DNA of 63,427 nt, filler included, from Sphaeroforma arctica JP610 (lineage: Eukaryota): assembly GCF_001186125.1 (NCBI RefSeq). It is 6 parts of 2 records of this genome, joined end to end, with 100 filler letters (N's around TTAATTAATTAA, not from the genome) between each part and the next. Parts side by side here need not be neighbours in the genome. Positions count along the whole stretch, not along the records: positions 36,739 to 39,528 come from NW_014040533.1; positions 39,629 to 44,073 come from NW_014040533.1; positions 44,174 to 63,427 come from NW_014040533.1; 3 more parts are not named here. One strand, given 5' to 3'. Below are positions 38,911 to 48,858 of the stretch, piece by piece. Each line of letters starts with the position of its first letter. Position 1 is the stretch's first letter. The position numbers and the translations under genes are program-made. Under the pieces are notes generated by a model. That model worked only from the letters and a program-made list of their open reading frames with translations. It was not told where the DNA came from and ran no database searches.

Positions 38911-39324
38911 TCATAAAACATAATTTAATAGCTGGACAATTAACTGCCATAGTGGATTAGCCCACCCATTATGTTTGGAGAGGTCTACTTGAAAGGCGTC
39001 TCCCAAAGGATGATTTAAAGTCCTGTAATTCGATAGTTGTGCATTATGATGTGCAGCAAACATATTTATAGTATGTGGCCTAAATATCTTTTGAGCCAGT
39101 TCAAAACACCTGGGATTACACTTCCAATCAGTGGCTAGTAACTCACGTACGGATTTATTAAAGTCCGGTACAAAGCGTGATAACATATCCGGTAAATGGT
39201 TATGTATTCCTGGCAGATGTTTTATATCAAAATGAAACTTTGATATTGCATCATGCCAGCGACTCAGTAATTGTGAGTCGGGTTTCATCTCTTTCATATA
39301 TTGAAGAGATTTCTGATCGCACAT
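38911..39324 (-). pseudogene. pol segment: RNase H C-terminus fused in frame to the N-terminal half of a Dam-like N6-adenine DNA methyltransferase, copy A
   Basis: ...NHLPDMLSR runs without a break into TDWKCNPRCFELAQKIFRPHTINMFAAHHNAQL...GDAFQVDLSKHNGWANPLWQLI. About 420 bp are deleted after NYV relative to copy B. Confidence 0.8.
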
Positions 39325-40874
39325 CAGCGTAAATGCTGTTCAGTATAAGTAATCTCGGAAGTGTGTTAGAGCTGCCACTATGGCTAATAGCTCTTGTTTA
39401 ACAGTTGGATAATTCAACTGTGAAGCATTCATTGTTCGACTAAAGAATTGTATATATCGAGGTTTGTCATCTATTACCTGATATAATACTCCTCATAAGG
39501 CTAAGTCGGAGGCGTCCGTCCGTTGCTANNNNNNNNNNNNNNNNNNNNNNNNNNNNNNNNNNNNNNNNNNNNTTAATTAATTAANNNNNNNNNNNNNNNN
39601 NNNNNNNNNNNNNNNNNNNNNNNNNNNNTTTTTATATATATATGTTTTGTTTAATTTACACTACTAGTTTCATATGTTTAATTTTCAATAGTTTAAGGGG
39701 TCATTTATTTTGAAGCTCTTCAATCACTGGTGACGGTTGAGCTTGAGGGGAGTGTAGTAAAAGTCCCCTTAAACCACTATCAGTGTGGAGTTAGAATTAG
39801 TTTACAATTAATTCACACGAGGTGAATTATTTGTAGACCAAGTAGACAATCAAATATAAGAATAAATACACCGCACTGGGCCTCAGGGAGACTCAGTAGG
39901 TTTTAGTATCGTATTTTGATGTGTTTACTACAAGCCAACGGGCATAAGTAAATTAACTACGGAAAACACTGATCTTAAGAATCAGTTAGCCAACCTTAAG
40001 AAAAGCATGACTGTTGAACATGTAGATCGAATGTATGGATCAGAAACCCACGCATAGCACTTACGCGAGCATGTTTCCCCGGGTACTACGGAACGGAAGA
40101 CATGCACCCACCTGTACACACTTTCTTACATAGTGTGACAAGTGTGAGAAGACCAATGGCTATCATGCCAAGTCTTGCGACAAGAAGCCCGACATTAAGT
40201 TGGAGTGAAAGTACTACCAGGTACAATCGTTACAAAGAAAATACAACGACTCCTTAGATGAGCGTGTAATAATGCGTTTACGGTCATGCTGGAGACGAAT
40301 GAGATCGCTCCCCAGCAATGGATTTCCGCATTAATGCAGTCGTTTGACCCTACAGGAACAAGTTACTTGATCCTGCAGCGACACCAGCATGAGTTAGACA
40401 CTTGCCGTGACTGGCCAGCTGTGTGTTGGTTGGTTACGTCCATATAAAGCAAGGACATGCTACTAGCCATAGTAGCAGCTCTAACACACTTCCGCGATTA
40501 CTTATAAGGAACAGCTTCTACGCTGATGTGTGATCAAAAGTCCCTTCAATATATGAAGGAGATGAAGACAGACTCTCAATTACTGAGCCGATGGCATGAT
40601 ACAATATCAAAGTTTCATTTCGATATCAAACATCTACTAGGGATACCTAGTAGCTCTTGCTTCACAGTTGGATAATTCAATTGTGATGCATTCATTGCTC
40701 GGCTAAAGAATTGTATATACATAGGTTTATTATCTGTAACCTGGTATAGTACACCTCTGAGTGCTAAGTCTGATGCGTCCGTTGCTATTTCAAAAGGCAC
40801 GCCATCGACTGGTCCTTGTATGTTATCATGCTTCGTACTGGATTTCACTAAATCCGTACGTGAGTTACTAGCCA

Positions 40875-41280
40875 CTGATTGGAAATGTAATTCCAGGTGG
40901 TTTGAACTGGCTCAAAAGATATTTGGGCCACATACAGTTGACATGTTTGCTGCACTTCATAATACACAACTTAAGACAGGAATTTAAATCATCCTTTAGG
41001 AGATGTCTTTCAACTCGACCTCTCCGAACATAATGCGTGGGCTAATCCACCATGGCAGTTAATTGCCCAATTACTAAATTATGTTCATATACATAAAGCT
41101 ACCATCACGTTGTGTTGCCCATTACGGAGTAAAGATCCATGGCTCAATAAATAAATAAGCATGATACAATGCGAACCAATATATTTAGATAGGGAAGTAG
41201 ATACTTTCCTATATCAGGGTACTCGAGCCGTCCAGAAGACGCCCTGGAGACATACTATAATGTGTCGTATAGGTCCCATT
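40875..41280 (+). pseudogene. Dam-like (DIRS MT-type) N6-adenine DNA methyltransferase domain within pol, copy B (one frameshift, one stop)
   Basis: DWKCNSRWFELAQKIFGPHTVDMFAALHNTQL / NLNHPLGDVFQLDLSEHNAWANPPWQLIAQLLNYVHIHKATITLCCPLRSKDPWLNK*ISMIQCEPIYL...TPWRHTIMCRI. SAM-binding-like DMFA at 40940-40951 and catalytic NPPW at 41044-41055. Confidence 0.82.
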
Positions 41281-43267
41281 GGAACAACTAAATGGACCCC
41301 TTCTGAGACCTTCCTTAACAAGGTCAAAGAATCAGAGATTCCACTCTCTACCCAATTGAATAAGGCAACACAGCACTTGAAGTCTGTGCACAAGAAATAC
41401 AATCTACTAATGACACTACTGTTAAGAAGCGTCAGTCTATAGCTAGGACTCTGTTTAATAGCATAAAGTCCAAGCCCGAGGTCTTTCAAACCTTATTTCT
41501 AAAGGGATTAATGAAAGACAATCCTGAAGCATATACACATATAATGCGACTGTTTAATAAGTCAGGTGTACCAAACGCACACGAGTGCACTCATGACACT
41601 CATGCAAAAGAAGGACAGGAGTCTGGAAACACTACGGACTTAGAGACCATGCAAGTGGATTCTCAACACCATACCTTTATTCTGGAAGAGCAGAATGATA
41701 AAAACATTCTTGCTTGACTGACGCAAAACCATAAGCTGAAGCACCAGATCGTAGTAGACGCACTTAAAGATGCTAAGCGAAATGGGATCGCGCACCCTAA
41801 GCCGGCAACTTTAGTTGACAGAGTATATCAGTCATATACAGTGATCTCAACCAGATTAAGCGCTATGGGTTCGCACCGCTTAAGAGTGTGACTGAAAATG
41901 TTCCACGGCGCAGGGTCGTTATTGTTCTGGTTGATCTGCTTACGTCCGAGCACACAGGCGACCGGTACGTATGCCACTTCTTTGATGTGGCGTCACGGTA
42001 TAACTTGCTCTATCCTTTAAAGGACAAGAGTACGCAGACCGTGGCAGAATTATGTTGCCAAGTCTTTGCTGACCACGGGTGGCCGGGTATAATGTGTACT
42101 GATAACGGTAGCGAGTTCTGCGATGACGTAATGGAATTGTTAGTACTCGTATCAGGCATGTACCATAGAAAGGGTGTACAAAATACACTGCAAACACAAA
42201 GCGCGAATAAAACGCGCCATAGAAGACTTAAGTTCTTCTTACGTACTGCATTAACGGATGATGTAGATGATTGGCCGTACCACCTTAAGTGGGTACAAAC
42301 ACAGATGAACGAGTGTGCTGATCCGGTTACAGGTACAACACCCGCTCACTATTTTCGTGGCAGATATAGTGAGTTACAAATCCCCTTTAACAAAAACGAA
42401 CCTGATCACCATGAGTGACCGTGGTTAGAGAAGGTCCAACGTATTTATAACGTTGTATATCCTTGCTTGCGAGAATTACGCAATATAGCCTTATTAAAAA
42501 GGCAAAAGCGTTGGAACACTACCAAGAAGATAGCAGAGTATCAGGTTGGTGACAGAGTTAACATCCGTCAACGTAATTTCGATGCTACTGTATTAACATC
42601 TAAATGGATAGGTCCATATATAATCTCTGTAGCAGACACTAAAAGTGGAACCTATGAGGTTAATAACCCCGACGGTTCTAGTGCTTTAAATATAGGAACT
42701 AGTCGGATTCCGACTACCGAGATTATACTCGTAAGAAGACATGACTTTAATGCCCCTCTTGATCGTTATGAACTTAAAGACACTATATGGAGAACGGATA
42801 AGGGAGGTTATACATACTATCGTACAGGATTTATAGACGGTACAATCGCTTAGTTAACTTCAGACGCTTTTGACAATCAGGACTATTTAAAGGCCCTTAA
42901 CAGGAAATGGCGTAAACGCCTACATAAGTCACAGGTTGAAAAAGATAGCATGTTCCCATCGTCTGAAGGCACGGAAGTTAAAACTTATCCGCCAACAGAG
43001 TTTATCCCGAGCTTTACTGCTCATCCTTCGTATGTTCCAAAAACATTGAAGCGTAAGAAACGTTCAGTCGACCACCACGGACCTACTGGACCTAAATCCA
43101 AAACTCACAGGGTAACAGAGAACACGTAACTTCTCCGCCTGAGAAACATTAACTATACGTTATGCTACTTAATGTTTTCGACCTGTTTTCCTTTCTCGCT
43201 TTTTGACCCATAATCAGCTGGAGTGAGCAACTTGCTTCTCCTGGGTCTCAAAGCTGGGTGGGGGCTG

Positions 43268-43987
43268 TGTAAAAGCCAGGCCTCCACATTAGAATCTTGT
43301 AATATAAACGTACTCTTAATAGTACGTAAAACGTAATCTCAAAAGTACGTATACATAAGTTTTCCTTAAATGGGTTTTAACGGTTTTTATTAACTAAATA
43401 CCTTTTCCATTTTACATATCAGATATTTGGACGAGGCCATTAAAAGGCCTCAGTAAAATACCAAACATAAGAGTTGGTCTAGTTCTATTAATAGAACTAT
43501 ATTTACTTTCCCACTTTATTTATATCTGAATACTTCGGTAGCGAGATGGCTCAACCGAATATAGGTTTCTAGGGACAATTAACGTTACCTAGTTGATCCT
43601 CCGATCAGCCAACCAGATGTGCCAGTCTGATGAAGGCTAAGTCGGTAATTCTTGTTAAGTGGCAAGTTATTGGTTAAGACAATAACTAAGGACATCAAGA
43701 GTTTTTTTTCTTTTTTTTCTTTTCTTTTTTTCTAAAGATAGGATTTTATGAGTCTCTCGGATTCGCCCCAAATGAAATATACCATAGTTTTTAATAGAGC
43801 GACAACGAAACACTAAATAAAATTCCTTCGGCGGAAACAGTACTGAGAGGATAATATATAGGATACCTAACTTTACTAAAAGTCTCATTTCGATTATTTA
43901 CTTTGATATTTTCACGATACTTAGAATTTACCTACGCGTTTATTTAATCTAAGGCGTTAATATCGCCTTAATAGACCGAATCTTACA
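43268..43987 (+). repeat. Long terminal repeat (~720 bp), TGTAA...TTACA
   Basis: Begins just after the polypurine tract and has inverted TGTAA/TTACA ends. Its 5' part matches the reverse complement of 36739-37171 and its 3' end matches 35679-35758. Confidence 0.85.
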
Positions 43988-45203
43988 CTTGAAGCCCTCG
44001 TGTAAAGAAACAAAAAAATTCTCTATTTTAACGCAGTTTAGATGTCTGATGTAGTAAACACATCAAAATACAANNNNNNNNNNNNNNNNNNNNNNNNNNN
44101 NNNNNNNNNNNNNNNNNTTAATTAATTAANNNNNNNNNNNNNNNNNNNNNNNNNNNNNNNNNNNNNNNNNNNNATAAATATGTACATATATATTTTTGTT
44201 ATATATATATATATATTAGATATATTAAATACACAATATATATGTCTAATATATATAATAAATACTTATGATACATGTCTTATGATTCATGTATAATATA
44301 TTGCGTGTATGTTTCTCTGCCTCTATATGTATTTTATTTTATCGATATATCCAGAAGTGTATAGGCATTGGACGTGCTTTTGTTGGACAGTATAAGCTGG
44401 GAGGCCTAGCTGTTTTATCTATGCGAGCTACTTATTTCCTGTCTGCCTTGAGCAGTTTTAGAACAATTTTCTTTGTACCTCTTATTGTTATCTTGCGCAG
44501 ATGTGGAAGGTCATTTCTGCGTGCCTCGTTGATTCATTGACACTCATTATTTTATCCATGTTGTACTTGTATTTATGTGTAGTTTTAATATGTTCGATCT
44601 TAATTTCCATGTCTGCGTTTAGCTTTAGCTCTAGGTCTCGATCAAAATGAGGAATGTCATGTTCAAAGCTAAGTTGACTATTTTAACCTTGTTTCCCGTT
44701 TAATGAATTGTAATATTTGCTTCTGACTTGATTGTGGATATAGTTTTAAGGGTATCCGCAGGTGCCTTTCGTATTGCTCGTGTATATATTTTGTGTGTAC
44801 AGGAAATATTGCGAATCAGAGGACAAAGTGTCGCAAAATACATGTATAGCGTGTGTAAACTTAATATATATATATCACTGCCTATGGTTTATGCACAAGA
44901 ATGCAATGCCAAACACAGTATAGTCCCTATTAAATTCCATTTCTACAGTGCTTCATGCATGAAAAATGACATTCTAGCCATGCATTCTGTTTCGTTGTCA
45001 GACATGTGACACTTTGATGTACCTTCTAAATTAAATTGCATTAGTAACATTTATCCATCTCCAATTAGGGCCAAATTTAGCCATATCACATGAATGGCAT
45101 TCGACGGTATACAAGGAATTGTCAGGTCCATCTCACGTCGTGTTAGTTTGTCTGCCTCATGCTAACTTCATCACACTATGATTTTTCATACAGCTTATAC
45201 ACA

Positions 45204-46312
45204 ATGGATTTAGGAGAGATCATCGAGCCTCTTATTGAGTTTTACAAGGACAGTGCTCGACTATTAAGAAAATGTACCAAGCCCGATCGTAAAGGTAATC
45301 ACACACGCGTGCGTAGTCTGGACAACAGTACTTCCTTTCTACTTCGGTCGTATCGGCAACTGTGAAGCTCAATACGTACGTTTAGTTTGTGAATGCTTGT
45401 TTGAATGTAGGTTTTCGTTTACATGCGCACTTTATGGTTGTTTGATAGTATCATCATAATTGGAAACATGACCTGAGTCAATCCTAACGTTGGTAAACGA
45501 TTATGCAAAACCATTAGTTATATGTAAGCAATAACTTAACGCATATTACACAATTTCCCGACCCATCCATGGAAGCATATCTTGGGTCGGCATAAAAACC
45601 TCCATCTTGCCCACTTTTCTGTTAGAACGTTTGTGTATTCACCGTAAATGTACGTGCGCAAGCGGTACAACAGCGTGTCATCGTGACCTTGTTTGGCTAC
45701 TATCAGTTCAGTGAAGCGCCGAGTTTAGGCCCCCGTTCACCACTCTCTACCACGAGGTGTATAGCTCTAGCTCTATTTGTATATGTTTACCTACATGGGA
45801 GCCCAAAGTCAGAGAGACATGCGATTAACCCGCGTCTCTCATCCATTGTCTTGTAGTGAGGTGACCCCAGATTCTTTTCTCTTCCTTTCCTTTCCATACC
45901 TTGCGCTTTGTACGTGAATGTCATGTACGTGCCGTTGTCTCATGCCTGGCATCTCATATGGGTTTCCTGTTTTCCTTCTGTTTTCCTTTACAGAGTTTGA
46001 GAAGATTGCTGGAGCCACGGCTGTCGGATTCGTAATTATGGGCGGCATCGGATTCCTGGTGAAGCTGATTCACATTCCCATCAACAATATCATTGTGTAA
46101 GTGGCCAGTTGTTGAATCAAGTCTTGTTGCATTGTATATGTGTTCAACATCATCACTATCATGATACACTCACTTCGATCATTATCGTCGTTTGTGTACG
46201 TATGCACGCACGCCTTTATCTCTCTCCCTCCTGTTTCTCTTTCAAAGTAACTTGATAGATGCAGTACTAATCCAACATTTGCGTGCCTTTTCACTATGGC
46301 AGAGGGGCGTGA
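45204..46312 (+). CDS. SEC61G: Protein transport protein Sec61 subunit gamma (Sss1)
   Basis: Exons 45204-45294, 45994-46096 and probably 46303-46312, giving [67 protein letters not shown]. An acceptor-like site at 45193 suggests a 5'-UTR intron. Confidence 0.95.
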
Positions 46313-46974
46313 GGCTACTTCGACCGTATATAATTCAAGTGAGAAGTCTGGTTGAAGTAGATAGTCTGTGTGGCACCTGTAATGGACATCTGGCCCAAGC
46401 TGACCCCCCGAGCCGTACGACTCACACCCAAGTCAGTGGGAAGTCAACGGAACTCGTTATATTCGCGAAGATTTGCGCAGAGATGCACTTGTACTCAAGA
46501 TGGATGCTTGGAATAAAATAATTTTGCTGTGAATCTCCGATTTTGATTTGGTGTGCCTCGCACTAGACGCACAATCTTAGAAACACCGTGTCAAAGACTA
46601 TAGACCATGCTGAACTAAACTAGGTTCCAAGCTCGTGAGTATGTCCGTAGAGTACAAATATCAGGTCTAGCCTTCCGCCTACGGCGTTAGTTGCGCTGTG
46701 GTAGTTATAATCATCAGCTGTTTGTTACGCTGCGAATAATGCGGTGGCTATGCTTAACAGCTGTTAGTTGCGCTGTGGTAGCTGTGATCAACAGTTGATT
46801 CACATGGTTTGTGAACACCCATCCAACTCATCGGCAGATCTTTTCGGCATTTTTCTGTGAACAACTTTCGACGAAGAATGCCCAATACTCTTGAGGTGTA
46901 GCTCTCGAGAGTAGATCAGGTCTTAGACAGTGTTAATATTGTTTTGAAATGATCTACAAGAACATAAATCGTGT

Positions 46975-47572
46975 ACATGGTACCGGATATCATTTATACG
47001 ACCACATAGTTGGTTTATATGGTACCAGATGTAATTTATACCAGCACATATATGGTTTGTATGGTACCGGTATAATTTATACGAGAACATAATGTTTATA
47101 TGGTACCAGATATAATTTATACGAGAACATAATAAAGGTTTGTATGATCCCAGATATAATTTATACGAGAACATAATAAAGGTTTGTATGGTACCAGATA
47201 TAATTTATAAGAGAGAATATTTATGGTTCATATGGTACCAGATATAATTTATACGAGAACATATATGATATGGTTTATATGGTACCAGATATAATTTATA
47301 CGAGAACATATATGGTTTATATGGTACCGGATAGAAGTTATATCTGGTACCATATAAACCATGCATCGATGTGTATTCATACTATCATAAACCATATAGG
47401 GTCGTATAAATTATCTCTGGTGCCATATAAACCATAGATTTTCTCGTAGAAATTATATCTGGTATCACATAAACAATATATGTTGTCGTATAAATTATAT
47501 CTGATACCATATAAAACATATAGGTTCGCTCGTATAAATTATATCTGTATGAGCCTATGTGGTTTATATGGT
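46975..47572. repeat. ~40-bp minisatellite arranged as a fold-back (forward array followed by an inverted array)
   Basis: Unit ATGGTTTATATGGTACCAGATATAATTTATACGAGAACAT runs forward to ~47333. Reverse-complement units run from 47338 to ~47548. Confidence 0.9.
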
Positions 47573-48008
47573 ATATAAGAGTATAAATACACTTCGATGC
47601 AAGACTTGTTTGAAAACAGCAACGTATTCAGCTGCCAACAACGGATGGCTATCAGATCTGCTGTGCGTCAAAGTACTGCCGTATGCGATACCGGAGTCCA
47701 TTCTACAAGACGATGACCAGTACGCTATAGTGCCCTTACTAGACAACCATGGTATACCATGCGAGAAAATGGTACAGCACACACACACATGCGTCGCCAT
47801 ATTCGACCGCGTTAGCAGGTACCACAGTGTAGTATTGAGGATAGAGTAAAGTGATTACGCAGAGGATTAGCGCAACCACACAGGCTCGAAAAACGGAGCC
47901 TTGTTATATTCTCGACTCCTTTGGAAGGCAATCATGGTTTCCCTATAATATCACGAACAGCACTTCCACATACATGGTACACCGGCAAAGCTGAATACTG
48001 TGTCTTGT

Positions 48009-48858
48009 CTATCAGATACGAGCATAGCTATACACTAACATTCAACCAGGATACAAGTGTAGCCATATGCAAAGCCTTCTCTGTGTCAGTTGAGTGGTCA
48101 GAAGACTTTATTTACGTATTTATACTCTCACTGTGTGCCTTTAATCCTGTCCATATATATAGATATATCTATATATAAAGCCTTTACTATCAGATACGAG
48201 CATAGCTATTTACAAACATTCAACTAGGATACAAGTGTAGCCGTATGCAAAGCCTCCTCTGTGTCAGTTCAGTTGTCAGATGACTTTATTTACGGATTTA
48301 TACTCTCACTGTGTGCCTTCAATCCTGTCCATATATATAGACATATCTGTATATAAAGCCTTTACTATCAGATACGAGCATAGCTATTTACAAATATTCA
48401 ACTAGGATACAAGTGTAGCCATATGCAGAGCTTTCTGTGTCAGTTCAGTTGTCAGATGACTTTATTTACGGATTTATACTCTCACTGTGTGCCTTTAATC
48501 CTGTCTATGTATATAGACATATCTATATATAAAGCCTTTCCTATCAGATACGAGCATAGCTATTTACAAACATTCAACTAGGATATAAGTGTAGCCATAT
48601 GCAGAGCCTTCTGTGTCAGTTCAGTTGTCAGATGACTTTATTTACGGATTTATACTCTCACTGTGTGCCTTTAATCCTGTCCATATATATAGACATATCT
48701 GTATATAAAGCCTTTACTATCAGATACGAGCATAGCAATTTTTCAAGCATTCCACAAACAACAAGTGTTAGCCACATGCAAAGCCTTCTCTGTGTCAGCT
48801 GAGTTGTCAGATGACTTTATTTACGTATTTGTACCCTTACTGTGCGCCTTTAATCCTG
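48009..48858. repeat. 176-178-bp tandem repeat (~4.8 copies) made of the HIS4 last codons, stop and 3' UTR
   Basis: CTATCAGATACGAGCATAGC starts at 48009, 48187, 48365, 48541 and 48717. The rightmost copy overlaps the HIS4 stop at 48837-48839. Confidence 0.92.

Larger units (their letters stand above)
36739..39528 (-). mobile_element. Ty3/Gypsy-type LTR retrotransposon copy A (degenerate; RNase H, partial N6-adenine methyltransferase, integrase, chromo-like tail, PPT, 3' LTR), bounded by gaps
   Basis: RNase H: ASDLAL.GVLYQ, FFSR..N.SQLNYPTVKQELLA, MCDQKSL, RW...ISKFHFDIKHLPG.HN.LPD.LSR. MTase-like block at 39130-38920. Integrase: HHCC (H..KH...CTDC), IIDLVD, TDNGSEF, SQGANE and KWIGPY. PPT GGGTGGGGG, with the LTR starting TGTAA at 37171. 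Confidence 0.9.
39630..43987 (+). mobile_element. Ty3/Gypsy-type LTR retrotransposon copy B (degenerate; gag-like remnants, rearranged RNase H, N6-adenine methyltransferase, integrase, chromo-like tail, PPT, 3' LTR)
   Basis: Gag-like remnants at 39940-40460, including CDKCEKTNGYHAKSC at 40134. RNase H 40463-40800, partly inverted. MTase ~40875-41280. Integrase ~41700-42700. Pol stop TAA at 43127-43129, PPT 43256-43264, LTR 43268-43987. Protease and RT are not visible. Confidence 0.9.

Noticed and set aside
38911..43129. Classification as a DIRS element because of the MT domain
   Set aside because: No tyrosine recombinase is seen; an HHCC-DDE-GPY integrase, PPT and TG..CA LTR indicate a Ty3/Gypsy-type element.
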